From Eledone cirrhosa (lineage: Eukaryota): a stretch of 64,000 nucleotides of DNA. The stretch spans positions 80,662,001-80,726,000 of the forward strand of contig OZ024743.1 in the NCBI GenBank assembly GCA_964016885.1. The letters are read 5' to 3'. A program made the translations under genes and the position numbers. The notes beneath the pieces were generated by a model. It did no database searches and was not told where the DNA came from. It saw only the letters and a list, made by a program, of their open reading frames with translations. Positions 1 to 14,244 of this stretch are shown in pieces (position 1 is the stretch's first letter; each line of letters opens with the position of its first letter).

Positions 1-96
1 AAAAATGAAGATTTTTCAACGAATAAAAATTATTTAATTTGTCCTATTATTTTTTATTCGCATAACGTTTGTTTATATACATATATAAATATAAAT

Positions 97-164
<68 letters not shown>

Positions 165-166
<2 letters not shown>

Positions 167-528
167 CATCATCATCATTCATTTCATTTTACGTCCGCTT
201 TTCCCTGCTTGCAAGGGTGGGACGGGAACTGATTCTGGCTTGATTTCTACAGCTGGATGCCCTTCCTAACACCAACCTCATTTACAGTGAGTGCTGGGTG
301 CTTTTTTTTCGTGGCACCTACACGTCCACTTTACAGTGTGGGATGGGTGCTTTTTTGCCGTGGCACCTCCACTACCACTTTGCAGTGGAATGATAGGGAC
401 CCCAGTCCCTGTCATCTCATTTCTACACCAGAGTAAACTGGAGCATTGTGAAATAAAGTGTCTTGCTCAAGGAAACAACACATCACCCGGTCTGAGAATT
501 GAACATACAACCACTAAGCCATGTGCCT

Positions 529-531
<3 letters not shown>
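165..531 (-). mobile_element. tRNA-derived SINE (family S2), internally shortened copy
   Basis: Reverse complement starts GGAGGCACATGGCTTAGTGGTT (A-box-like) followed by GTTCAATTC (B-box-like) and ends in an (ATG)n tail. Highly similar to 60557-60872. Confidence 0.8.
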
Positions 532-599
<68 letters not shown>

Positions 600-1519
600 C
601 ATATAATGTGCATTCTCATATAAATACATACAAGTATATGTGTATATAAGTGTATGTATATATGTATATATAATGCGATAAACTGAGAGGAAAATGAAGA
701 TTAAGCCTCAAGAGAGATAACTGATGTTGACGAAGCCTTAAAAGTAATATATTTGACGCTGCTACTCTTACTGGAGTAGTTTCATTAGTAAATATTTATT
801 TATTTCTCTCTATACATACCTTACATTATTATATATATGCACTGTCTCTCGTCCCTCTGATCAACATTGAAATCAAACGCCTCATCCAAATTGCCAGGAA
901 TCGATGTGGAGATTTCCTTCTCCAGCCACAACTCCTAACCCGCCATTGTCTTCCAGTACCAACAATAAATTCCTTTCTCTAACTAGTAACATCATAACTC
1001 CAACCAATTGTTACTTTAATTGTCACTCTTTCGAAAGTTTTAATCTAATCTGCTGAAGTTTAACCCGACGAGTTTCAACACTATGACATTTAAAATTAGT
1101 TTCTATCAACACATTTAAGAATTACGAAATAAAATTTGCTAGCAAGCTAACAAAATCTACCTGGTTTCGAAAAGAAAGAGGAACCTCGTTGTTTAAAGGT
1201 GAATGGTCGGTCCTTAGTACAAAGTAGTTTTTGTTCAAATTTACACTTCATAATTTGTGTGAAATTGTTGATATTTTAAGGTGACAAAGAGATGAACGAG
1301 CGCTAAAATGTTTGGGCAGAGTCAACATTCTTCGACGTTCTTCATTATTATATGGAACTGTAACTCCTGATGGAGTCGTAAGGGTACCATATTCACAAAC
1401 AGCGTTTCTAGGACATTTTTAACCCTTGAGGAACCCTTCTCCTCTACTGGTCTGAATACAGCAATTTCTTCCAGAGGAGGAGAGAGAGTGAGAGAAAGGA
1501 AGTGAGAAATAGGTATAGA

Positions 1520-1680
1520 AAAAGAATCCACCTCAATACTGTACTGGTAATTATTTATTGACTTTAAATGGATGAAAGGCAAATTTGACCTCGGTGGGAT
1601 TTGAACTGAGAAAGCAGAGAGTCGAAACCAATACTAGGAAGCATTACATCAGACGTACTAACAACTGAGCCAAGTTGTTT
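1520..1680 (-). mobile_element. Degenerate SINE related to family S1
   Basis: GGATGAAAGGCAAATTTGACCTCGGTGGGATTTGAAC matches the S1 central/B-box segment. Confidence 0.6.
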
Positions 1681-1802
1681 ATAATTATACCACGGTAAAG
1701 GTCTCATTAAATCAGTAATGGAGCTTCAAATGGTGGATGGCAATTGTGATCGTCTTTGATGATAGCAGCGACATCTACAGTCATTGGAATAATACGACAT
1801 TT

Positions 1803-2110
1803 AATGTGAGTGTATATATAATACACACATGTGAGTGTATATTAATACACACATGTGAGTGTATATATAATACATGTGAGTGTATATACACACATGTGAG
1901 TGTATATGTAATATATACATGTGAGTATATATGTAATATATACATGTGAGTGTATATATAATATATACATGTGAGTATATATATAATACAAATATATGAG
2001 TATATATGTAATATATAAATGTGAGTATATATATAATACATACATGTGAGTGTATATATAATACATACATGTGAGTATATATATATAATACATACATGTG
2101 AGTATACATG
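1803..2110. repeat. Minisatellite with ~20-24 bp unit (ACATGTGAGTGTATATATAAT-like)
   Basis: Recurrent CATGTGAGT core with variable TA runs. Confidence 0.9.
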
Positions 2111-2297
2111 TATGTTTGTATACATACATTTAATGTAATGCATATATACATATCTGTGTGTATGTGTATATGAAATTGTTCCTTGGGTTTGTGTAATAAA
2201 CATATTAAACATACATTGAATGAAGGACTCAATACTGTATGACGCACTGTCGAAGTTGAAAAGGGAGTCGCTTCGTCGAAATATCGAAATAAACAGC

Positions 2298-2632
2298 CAG
2301 TGGGACCTCGGTTCACGTTTCTTGTTCCTCAAGGCTGTTCGTCATCTGAAATGTTCGTAAATCGCAACTATACTCTTATACGAAATGTTGGGAAATACTC
2401 ATTGTATTTCCCAACGTGAAAGACACTGTCTGTGAAAGACAGATATCAACATAGTAACTAACTACACTGAAAGTGACACCTATCCGCCGATACTCCCAGC
2501 TTGTCGCCAACTGTTGTGGCTGGCTTCCGTGTTCGTTACTCGAGACACTACTCGTCAACCAGGTGGTTTTACGTTCAGACAAATTGTTCGTGAATCGACG
2601 TTTTCGTAATAAGAGGCGTTCGTGAACCACTG
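2298..2632. mobile_element. Non-autonomous Tc1/pogo (Tigger-like) MITE
   Basis: Left end CAGTGGGACCTCGGTTCACG, right end CGTGAACCACTG followed by TA, with internal GTTCGT subterminal repeats. Confidence 0.6.
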
Positions 2633-2659
2633 TATATATATATATATATATATACACCA

Positions 2660-2727
<68 letters not shown>

Positions 2728-3079
2728 ATGTGTGTGTGTGTTTGCGTATGTATGTGGGAGGTGTATTTGTGTATGTATATGTGTGTGGGTTGTGTGTGTT
2801 GTGTGTGTTTGTGTAAGTATATATATGTGTGTGTGTGTGTGTGTGAGTAAGTAAACACAGTAAAACTAATTCATGAAAACCAGAAAGAAAACAAAAAAGC
2901 AAGGAATATGAAAAGAAATAAAAATAACGAGGAAAAATATAACAAAGAGAAGATATAGAAAACAAGGCGTTTTACACATATATGTTGAATTAGTGGTGTG
3001 TGTATATATATATATATATGTGCGTGTGTGTGTGTGTGTGTGTCTAATTGAATATATTTCTATGTATCACACACACAGG

Positions 3080-3110
<31 letters not shown>

Positions 3111-3188
3111 CTAATATATATATATACATATATGATACATAGAAATATATTCAATTAGACACACATATATGTGTATATATATATATAC

Positions 3189-3235
<47 letters not shown>

Positions 3236-3297
3236 TAATTGAATATATTTCTATGTATCACACACACAGGTATATATATATATATATATATACATCA

Positions 3298-3344
<47 letters not shown>

Positions 3345-3390
3345 CTAATATATATATACATATATGATACATAGAAATATATTCAATTAG

Positions 3391-3474
<84 letters not shown>

Positions 3475-5036
3475 TACATAGAAATATATACAATTAGACA
3501 GCCACACACATATATGTCAATTAATCATGATTAAACGAAAACTCCTTTTGTGTGTGTATTGGTATAGGTGCTTATAGGTGTGTGGCGGAGAGGAGTGTGT
3601 GTGTATTGGTATAGGTGCTTATAGGTGTGTGACGGGGGAGGTGTGTATGTATGTGTGAATGTGTGTCTGTGTGTGTGTATATGTGTTAGTGTGTATGCGG
3701 CTTATGCATGCTTCTGTATGTTTAGTTGTCTTTGTTACAGATAAAACATAACATTACATATAGTTTATGTAATTAGATATTCTGTAAAGAAACTGAATTT
3801 TAACTATTACAAACGAACGTTTTTCATTAAACTCTCCTTCATGATAACGTCCTTACATCTAATAACGGTTTTTCTCGCGATCATTTAATTACATCTAAAA
3901 ATAGCATTTTTCTCTCGATAACTTGCTTATATCTAACGTAACGTGTTTCTTTCACAATAATGGTTTTTTTTATGTTTAAAATATCGTGTTTTCACGCGAT
4001 AATTTATCTGAGTTTAAAATATCGTTTTTTTCTTTTTCTCTCGCGATAACTCCCATGCTCCTAATATACTTTATTTTCTCCTGCTCACCTGTAATCCTCA
4101 AAGTGTCATTAGAATGCTTGCCGATATCAGCTTTGCCTTTCATAATTTCCAGGTCGCTAAACAAAGTACCAGTTCTGTACTGAGGTTCATTCTTCCTCTA
4201 CTCCTTCTTCTAACTTCTCTCCCTTTCACTCTCACCCGGCTTTCACTCTCTCCTATTTCTCTCCTTCCCCCTTTGACTCTCACCCCACTCTCTCTCTCTA
4301 TCCCTCTCTGACCACACACTCTCTGTCTTTCTCTCACTCTCCCTCTCTTTCTCTCTATCACCATCTGTTTCACTCTCTTCCCCACTCCCTCTCTCTCTCT
4401 CCCCTCTCTTTCTATCTCTGAGATAACCAGGTTAGAGAGAGATGAACCTCACCTCCCAATACCTAATATTTGCTGTATAACCCGAATGTTTCCTTACCAC
4501 TCCATCCAATGGGGAATGCGTTTTTCTCGCCTTCAACGCTACTAACGTTGAAAATAAAATTTTTTCACAAAAAATTGTTGAATTTAAGATGTCTATTTCG
4601 TCTATGAGCGAAAACTAGTTGTCAGAAACTCTGGTTGCTCATTGTGTATATATATATATATATATATAACTGATGTTGTCTGTGTGTGTGTCCCTTCCTT
4701 TTTGAAAAGTCTATACAAATCCACATTTCTACTCCGATTGACTTCAAACTTGCATTTATATATTCCTTGCGGTCTAAAGATATTAACTGCAATTTTCTGT
4801 TGTTAAAGGGGTGTTAGGCGCCGGTTATCCATCTCCGTCGCGCTCTTATAATATCTGTCTGTATGCCTGGCTGTCTGCATTACGACATTCTGACGAACAA
4901 TGATGACGTATTATGTTCGCTATTATCCGTTCATTGCCAGGGAACGTCTTCACGAACCAAAGTATCGTCTTCCTGTTTTCCTTCGGTTGCCATGTTTTCG
5001 AAATATTTACTTCTGCTTTCACAGATTGATGTTTTT

Positions 5037-5091
5037 AGTTTCAGAAGATCCCTCCCGTTAAGGGTGAAAGCAACGATTCTTAGCTTAAACT
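5037..5091 (+). ncRNA. Hammerhead-like motif, family B (A4 variant)
   Basis: AGTTT-CAGAAGA-(stem II CCC/GGG)-GAAA-GC...GC-TT-AAACT; stem I is AGTTT/AAACT. Confidence 0.6.
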
Positions 5092-5108
5092 TTAATCTGT
5101 TATTTTAA

Positions 5109-5772
5109 TCTATATATGTATATATATAAAACTGAGGAAGGATGTATGTATGTGTGTGTGTGTGTGTGCGTGTGTGTGTGCGTGTGTGTGTGTGTGTGTG
5201 AAACCCGAGAAGTACCCAACCGACCTTTTTCAAACTTTACATGTGTATTACATATATTTCAGGGAGTGTTACGCACATAAAAATTTAACTTTTTGATCCC
5301 TTAGGGCCCGCATTAGGTGAAAAACTGCGTTTTTTTCAGCTTTTAGGGGTTATTTTTTAGCCGTTACGTCAGACCGATTTCCTTGAAATTATAACTATGT
5401 ATTAGTCAGTCACTTCTTCATACCGTGAGCAAAGAAAATCCAACATTTTTATGGCCTAGGGTGAAAGACCATTTTTTTTTCAGCTTTTTAGGGCTTTTTT
5501 GAGGCGTTACGTCTAGCCGATTTTCACGAAATTTCAAGGCATATTATGCACATAAAAAAAAATTCATTTTCTTGATCCCCTAGGGCCCCGCATTAGGTGA
5601 AAACCTACCTTTTTCCTGCTTCATCGAGGAAAATCTTAGATTATCCAGCCATCAGAGTATTCGGTTTATTTTCTTTACATATTGTCCAGGCATGCAGTTT
5701 TTCCGCGATTATCTGTTGGTGGCCCGCGTTCCAAAATACCTTATCCCGTGCAACGCCGGGTACCACTGCTAG
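5109..5772 (+). mobile_element. Non-autonomous Helitron-like element
   Basis: 5' TC start, 3' hairpin CCCG-TGCAACGC-CGGG then CTAG, inserted between A and T with no TSD. Confidence 0.7.
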
Positions 5773-5894
5773 TATATAGTGAAAGAGTGAAGAATAACAT
5801 GGTCAGCTGTATAAAAAGGGTTATATTTACAGTATTAACAATTGTTTCATTGATCAGATGAGTCTAAAGGCCGCTGATCACTTATATATATATA

Positions 5895-6080
5895 TAACAA
5901 AGAAAGTATGGTAAGAGACCAGGTGGACCAGAACACACCAGAGTACTCAATACTTAGGGTTGTAGAGTGGGTAATAGGAAAAGAGTCAGGACCCGACGGC
6001 TGAGCTCTGACCGTTTCGACAGCTAGACAGCAAGTGCTATTCGATCTGTTTTCAGCCAATCACAAAGCTCTCAATGGTTC
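5895..6080 (-). mobile_element. Family A HHR element, diverged subfamily
   Basis: Shares the tail and the GAAAC-stem III-GTC-GGGT half with 8452-8640. Confidence 0.7.
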
Positions 6081-6929
6081 GAAAGTTAAAAACAAACATT
6101 AAGTCCAGAGTTAAACACCGTAGTTATAAAATGTGACACGAAGAGAACTGACCGAAAATAACGAATATACAGATGTCTACGTGTGGGTTCTTATCTTTAT
6201 AGTTTGTTTGTCTCGCAAATTAGCGGTTCAACAAATAGAGATCGATAAAATATGTTAGACTTGAGAAATTATGTAGTGAGCTGGGGAAGGAAGGGGGGGG
6301 GGGGGCAATATAACCCCCTACTTACTTATAAGGTGGTGTTCTAACATGGCCACAGTTAAATGACTGAATCAAGGAATGAAGAAGCGAATATATATGCAGC
6401 ACATGCGTGATAAGGTTCTCATACTGACTCTTCAAGATACAAACACGAACACATTAGTTTATGATAAGATATAAAATTCGTGGCTGTTGGGGGTGGAATG
6501 GTTGAGACAACAGTTGTTTGTTGGAACCACGGGAGAGGCCGCTTGTGAAGTTAAAGTACACTTTTATTATATAAACGAGAATCAGGGTCACTCTGACACA
6601 ACTCATTTTTGCTAGCTGAGTGGACTGGTGTAACTTGAAATAAAGTGTCTTGCTCAAGGACACAATAGGCCACACATTCTGGAACTCGAGCACATGACAG
6701 TGTACTTATCACACAGTCCGGGGCATTCACTGAGTAAAATTTACACACGTTACAATCGTATAAATCCCAAAACTAATTTATATATTTAAGGATATCTTAT
6801 AAACGCCTATAAAGGTCACAAATTTGATGTCTCCTGTATTCTGGAGGTATGGTCAATATTGTGCCTTGAAATCTTGGGTAGCACTTTTGTTCCGTGTATG
6901 AACATAAATAAATTATATATATATATATC

Positions 6930-7132
6930 GACAGTTGATCGACTTTCCTCAAATCGGACCGAGGAAACAATGTTTCCATCGGCCTTTCCAATTGCTAATA
7001 CTATCTATCGGTCGCAACTCCAGGTAGAAGGAGCGACGTGAAATAAGGTGTCTTGCTCAAGGACATAACGCATTGCACGGTCCGGGAATCGAACTCACAA
7101 CCTCACAATTGCGAATCCAATTCTCTAACCAC
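6930..7132 (-). mobile_element. SINE fragment (S2-related)
   Basis: GAAATAAGGTGTCTTGCTCAAGGACATAAC...GGGAATCGAACTC...CTAACCACT is a reverse tRNA-like head. Confidence 0.65.
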
Positions 7133-7142
7133 TATATATATA

Positions 7143-7303
7143 TAGGAAAAGGGTCAGGACCCGACGGCTGAGCTCCAGCCGTTTTGACAGCTAGATCTGA
7201 ACTCAGATCTAGCTGTTAAAACGGCCGGAGCTCAGCCCTCGCGTCCTGACCCTTTTCCTTTTACCCACCCACTCTACTGCCCTAAGTGTCGAGTACTCTG
7301 GTG

Positions 7304-7306
<3 letters not shown>
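7143..7306. mobile_element. Family A foldback element in (TA)n
   Basis: Inverted arms centred near 7200 plus a one-sided tail. Confidence 0.8.
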
Positions 7307-7386
<80 letters not shown>

Positions 7387-7498
7387 TACATATATGTATA
7401 TATATATGTATATATGTATATATATATATATATACATATATACATATATGTATATATATATATGTATATATGTATATATATATATATATACATATATG

Positions 7499-7533
<35 letters not shown>

Positions 7534-7549
7534 ATATATACATATATAC

Positions 7550-7580
<31 letters not shown>

Positions 7581-7586
7581 TGTACA

Positions 7587-7623
<37 letters not shown>

Positions 7624-7700
7624 GTATATATGTATATATATACATATATACATATATGTATATATATATATATACACATATATGTATATATATATATACA

Positions 7701-7820
<120 letters not shown>

Positions 7821-7830
7821 CATATATATA

Positions 7831-8638
7831 TAGGAACGAGTAGGACCCCGACGGCTGAGCTCAAGCCGTTTCGACGGCTAATTCTGGACTAAATGAAAAT
7901 TTTTATCCTGGTATTAGAATAGCCGAGCTTCTCAGGGGGTAATTCCATATATGGTAAAATTGATTGTCACAAGGAAAGTTTGTTGTTGAGACATAATAAT
8001 TCTATCATGGCAATTTGTGGAGGGAAGGGGTAGCTGAACCTGACAGTAGAAGAAAGAGGGGGAGGGGTGGAAGAAACCCAGTCGTGCGTTGATAGTGCCA
8101 ACTACGGCTGGGCAGGAGGTCAAAGAAGATACTAGGGGGGGGGGGTCGAAACAATAAGTAAAACAATATGGGGTAAAAATATAAAAAATACCGCGAGTGT
8201 TAAAACACAATTAAGTGAAAAGAAAAAAACAATTTCTGGTTACTATAACCTAAGGACAGCTATCAAGTCTCTCACTGGTACTGCTAGACTAAACACTGGT
8301 ACTGCTAGACTTCCACCCCCTCCCCCTCTTTCTTCTACTGACAGGTTCAGCTACCCCTTCCCTCCACAAATTGCCATGATAGCATTATTATGTCTCAACA
8401 ACAAACTTTCGACCAATCCTTGTGACAATCACTTTTACCATATATGGAATTACCCCCTGAGAAGCTCGGCTATTCAAATACCAGGATAAAAATTTTCATT
8501 TAGTCCAGAATTAGCCGTCGAAACGGCTTGAGCTCAGCCGTCGGGGTCCTACTCGTTCCTATTACCCACTCTACTTCCCTAAGTATTGAGTACTTTGGTG
8601 CGTTATGGTCCACCTGGTTCCTTACCACATTTCCTTCG

Positions 8639-8640
<2 letters not shown>
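7831..8640. mobile_element. Largest family A foldback element: ~240 bp inverted arms, ~240 bp spacer and ~80 nt tail, in (TA)n
   Basis: 7831-8072 is the reverse complement of ~8310-8561; TA runs flank both ends. Confidence 0.9.
8452..8547 (+). ncRNA. Type I hammerhead-like motif, family A (mirror copy 7845-7940 minus)
   Basis: Stem I ACCCC/GGGGT; core CTGAGAA; long stem II closed by CGGCTA/TAGCCG; GAAA; stem III ACGGCT/AGCCGT; GUC site at 8540-8542. Confidence 0.7.
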
Positions 8641-8667
<27 letters not shown>

Positions 8668-8674
<7 letters not shown>

Positions 8675-9023
8675 AGATCAAAAGATGGTTAAAGGAGTTC
8701 CATGTATTTTATTATGCGCATTTCAAAAACAAACATCATCATGCAATAATATTTGTGTTTTCATCAAATAAAACAGGAGAACATGATATGAAGGCTAAAA
8801 AACACTTGTGGATAGTGCAGTTTTAAATCAACATATCTGATGAAAACACAAATATTATTGCATGTTGATGTTTGTTTTTGAAATGCGCATAATAAAATAC
8901 ATGGAACTCCTTTAACCATCTTTTGATCTTATATTATGTATACTCCAGTCCTACAAACTGTAGAGTGCTTCTTATCCGATATCTGCATTGCTTTATTGTA
9001 CTACAATAAAACTCACCTCCTAC

Positions 9024-9024
<1 letters not shown>
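8668..9024. mobile_element. Family D foldback HHR element
   Basis: 8668-8770 is inverted against 8835-8936, plus a ~88 nt tail. Core CTGATGA at 8837 and GAAATGCGCATA at 8880-8891. Confidence 0.85.
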
Positions 9025-9066
<42 letters not shown>

Positions 9067-9384
9067 TCAGCGGTCTCTGTCTTTCACCCTCGCTGCCATG
9101 TCCTGCGTCTCCAAGAGACCGACGTCTGTCCTTAGGGCATCAACATATGTTAACCTTGGTTTTCCTCTTCCAGTATGTCCATGTAGGGGTTTCCATAAGA
9201 ACACTGAGTGCAGTGTCAACTCTGGATGTCGGTGAGCATGTCCAGCTAACCTCAGTCTCCTCTGTGTTACTTTTGAGCTGACTTTTGGGATGCTCCCATA
9301 CAGCTCTGAGTTCTTCATCCTCAGTGTATACTGATTAATGTTCAGAGTCATCTTTAGCATTCTCGTGTAGCACTCATCCACCAC
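9067..9384 (-). mobile_element. RTE-type LINE ORF C-terminal fragment
   Basis: RRLRLAGHAHRH...LWKP.HG...RGKPRLTYVD is typical of RTE-clade C-termini. Confidence 0.8.
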
Positions 9385-9582
9385 CTGATATATAATATTC
9401 TCTATAAAAACTAAATAGGTCCTCAGTAATATTATTCTGATGAAATGACAGTAAATAATAACATTGAAATATTGAATGTCTGCATAACTAAAAGTTTGTA
9501 GATAGCTGTTTTAGGTTAGGTAACTGTTATAGAAACACGTGTCAATAAATTCCTTTCAACTAAACTGTATCCATTCAAATCT

Positions 9583-9644
<62 letters not shown>

Positions 9645-9648
<4 letters not shown>

Positions 9649-9826
9649 AGGAATTGTGGTAAGGAACCAGATGGACCATAACGTACCAAAGTACACAATA
9701 CTTAGGGTAGTAGAGTGGGTAATAGGAACAAGTATGACGCCGACGGCAGAGCTCCAGCCGTTTCGACGGCTATTTCTGGACGTCGAAACGGCTTGAGCTC
9801 TGCCGTCGGGGTCATACTTATTCCTA
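9645..9826. mobile_element. Family A foldback element
   Basis: Tail plus inverted HHR 3' halves, flanked by (TA)n. Confidence 0.85.
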
Positions 9827-10849
9827 TATATATATATATATATCACTGGTTTCGGGGTCCGGTTATGGGCACCACTCTATATTGGTCACGTGGACGAAAA
9901 AGAAAAAGTATGTGTGTATGTACATATATGTTTATAATACATTATTCACATAGTAGCCATACACACATACACTGTACTCACACACACACCACACACACAA
10001 CACACCACGCACTACACACACTACACACACCACACACACCACACATTACACACTACACACTATACACACCCACCACACACTACACACTATACACTACACC
10101 ACACACTACACACACTACATACACTGCACACTACACACACTTCACACACTACACACTATACACACACACACTACACACACTACTCACTACACACGCTACA
10201 CACGCTACACACTACACACACTACACACTACACCAACACGCAGTGTAGCCATCAGCTGAAGTCTCTTTAAAAAGCAGATTATATTAAAGTGGCGAGAATT
10301 TTCAAATCAATCGTAGTATAAACTGGTATAAGAGAGATAGAGAGAGGGGGAGTAGTTTAGGAGAGGTGGTGGTGTGAGAGAGAGGGGGAGTAGTTTAGAG
10401 GAGGTAGTGGTGTGTGAGAGAGGGGGAGTAGTTTGGAGGGAGATAGAGAGAAGGGGAGGAAGTACTTTTAGGAGAGGTGACGATGGTGATGGTGGTAGTG
10501 TGAGATAGAAATAGAGAGGGAGGGAGTACTTTAGAAGAGGTGGCGGTGACGATGGTGGTAGTGTTGGTGGTGTTAGTGTGTGTGGGGGAGGGAGGTAGTG
10601 TTGTTAGTGCTAGAAAGAGAGAGTGACAGAGAGAGTGTCAGAGTGACAGAGAGAGAGTGAGATGGAGGTTGGTGGGAGCTGGTTGTAGGAGTGATGGTGG
10701 TGTGCGGTGGGGACCCGAGTAAAGGGAGGATGAGTAGTGTGTGGGAGGTAGTTTTAATAGTGTTAGTGGGGGTGAGGGGTGATGTTGTGGCGGTAGATGG
10801 GGGGGGGTTGAAATATGAGGTGGTGAAGGTGTAGTAGGAGGGACATAAA

Positions 10850-11071
10850 AGTAGCAACAGTAGCAGCAACAACAATAACAACTGCAACAATATCAACAGC
10901 AACAACAATAACAACAGCAACAACAATAACAACAGCAATAGCAACAGTAACAACAGTAACAACAACAACAACAATAACAACAGCAACAACAATAACAACA
11001 ACAATAACAACAATAACAACAAAAACAACAAAAACAACAACAATAACAACAACGATAACAACAACGATAAC
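10850..11071. repeat. (AAC/AAT/AGC)n trinucleotide microsatellite
   Basis: Direct inspection. Confidence 0.95.
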
Positions 11072-11334
11072 GTGGAGAAAAAAAGAGAAGGAAGAAGAGG
11101 ATTAAATAAATATCAAGGTGGGTGGTGTGTCTATAGACGTTAAGTGGGTGGCTGGACAGATAACCAGGTATATATAGGGACATATACACATATACATATA
11201 TAGATACAAAGATACAGAGGTATATATACATACATAGGGACATATACACATATACATACAAAGATATATATATATACAGGGATATGTACACATATACATA
11301 TATAGATACAGAGGTATATATATAGGGACATATA

Positions 11335-11422
<88 letters not shown>

Positions 11423-11647
11423 TAAATATACATACATATATGTACACACAGATACATATAGATATATTGATATAGATACATATATACATATAGATGTGTA
11501 CATACATATATAAACACATACGTATAGATATATAGATAGATACATACGTAGTTAGATATTGACACACATTCATTGACTCAGGTATATATATATATATATA
11601 TATATATAATAATATATAAGACAAAAGATGGTTAAAAGAGTTCCATG

Positions 11648-11718
11648 TATTTTATTATGCGCATTTCAAAAACAAATATCATCATGCAATAACATTTGCG
11701 TTTTCGTCAGATAAAATA
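11648..11718 (-). ncRNA. Type I hammerhead ribozyme, family D (element ~11608-11894)
   Basis: TATTTTAT-CTGACGA-long stem II-GAAA-TGCGCA-TA-ATAAAATA; 8-bp stem I and palindromic stem III. Confidence 0.85.
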
Positions 11719-12128
11719 GGAAGACATGATATGAAGGTTAAAACACACTTGTGAATAGTGCAGTTTTAAATCAACATATTTATCATATTGATCTTATATA
11801 TTATTATTTATACTCCAGTCCTACAAACTGTAGAGTGCTACTTATCCGATATCTGCATTGCTTTATTGTACTACAATAAAACTCACCTCCTACATATATA
11901 TATATATATATATATAAAATAGAGGAGCAAGCGGTTATCAAGCAATTCTCTAAATAATTGAATAATGCTGCTAATTTTAGTGGCAATATCAACATTTTTA
12001 TAATAAATAGCTATTATCTGCGACCTGATTTTGCGTGTGTGTCATTTTAACGGCTTGACCGCATGCGTTGGGCAGGAAGCGAAATATTTACTTACTGTAG
12101 GGCTTGCAACCTTATAGTGTGGAAATAG

Positions 12129-12209
12129 GCTGTCTGAAGATTCATTTCTTTCCATTGGAAATTCTCTGGATTTCCAATCTTTTGGAATGATGAAACCGTC
12201 GGTAACAGC
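12129..12209 (+). ncRNA. Type I hammerhead ribozyme inside foldback element ~11916-12393
   Basis: GCTGT-CTGAAGA-T[TCATTT...GAATGA]T-GAAAC-CGTCG-GTA-ACAGC. Confidence 0.85.
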
Positions 12210-12389
12210 AATAGAACAGGTGATTATTTAAATCGTTTTTTAATTTATTTAGTGAATTGTTTGATAACCGCTTGCTCCGCTATTTTTTATATTGTTCTGG
12301 TATCTCGAATTAGTACCATTGAACCACAAATATTATAAACACCTTGCATATTTCTACAGGTACATAGTACCTGTTGAGGTATTCATCCA

Positions 12390-13166
<777 letters not shown>

Positions 13167-13351
13167 CCAAAAGTTAAAAAATATTCATTGATTAATCAAT
13201 GAATGTAGTTTTACAATAGATTAGAAGCACTCAACAAAAGGGTTTTCTGGAGTTTATAATATTAATTCACAATATTAGTTCAAAATATGAATATGACTGC
13301 CAAGACTGAAATTGAATCATCAACACAGTTGAGGTATGTCATACATCAATT

Positions 13352-13425
13352 TATATATTTTCTCTGATGAGGACGTACTGAAAAAACACCACAGTACCAC
13401 TGAAATATATATAATGAAACATATA
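13352..13425 (+). ncRNA. Hammerhead-like motif, family C (second, damaged copy 37841-37914 minus)
   Basis: CTGATGA at 13364; stem II GTACTG/CAGTAC; GAAA-TATATA-TA; stem I imperfect. Confidence 0.65.
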
Positions 13426-13465
13426 TTTTGAGTACGTGAATCTCTCCATTTATTTATATTTTGAA

Positions 13466-13548
<83 letters not shown>

Positions 13549-13555
13549 TATATAT

Positions 13556-13892
<337 letters not shown>

Positions 13893-14040
13893 CGCACATA
13901 TTCACATATATATACAAGTAGAAATACATTCAGACATCGATATATAGACATACATGTCAAATAATCGATCTATGAGGACAAAGGTTGATAGGAAGGTGGG
14001 TATGTATCTTTATATCTACCTATATATCTACCTATATAGA

Positions 14041-14216
14041 GATCCCCACCACCTGCTGTTGACGATGGCGCCCGTCAACCGCTCCTTAACTAAAGTGCTA
14101 ATCCGGTCCCTGTAAGCCTTACTTGCCGGTAAGGACAAGTTGAGCTTCCAGTAACCGGGTCCCTGTCTATGCGTTCTGTCAAGGTTGACCATGCAGGTCA
14201 CTAACTTGTCGTCTGA
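14041..14216 (-). mobile_element. Isolated Tx1/L1 ORF2 fragment (end of APE endonuclease domain)
   Basis: Translates SDDKLVTCMVNLDRTHRQGPGYWKLNLSL...RWWG, with SDH-like and WKLN motifs. Confidence 0.75.
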
Positions 14217-14244
14217 ATAGATATATAGGGAGATATAAAGATAT

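Noticed and set aside
7831-8640. Family A as a classical TA-targeting Tc1/mariner MITE
   Set aside because: The arms are asymmetric, the hinge is variable and they contain a hammerhead, which fits PLE-type inverted insertions better, though a MITE origin is not formally excluded.
10573-11064. Poly-Leu signal or membrane-like ORF
   Set aside because: It is the reverse strand of an (AAC)n repeat.
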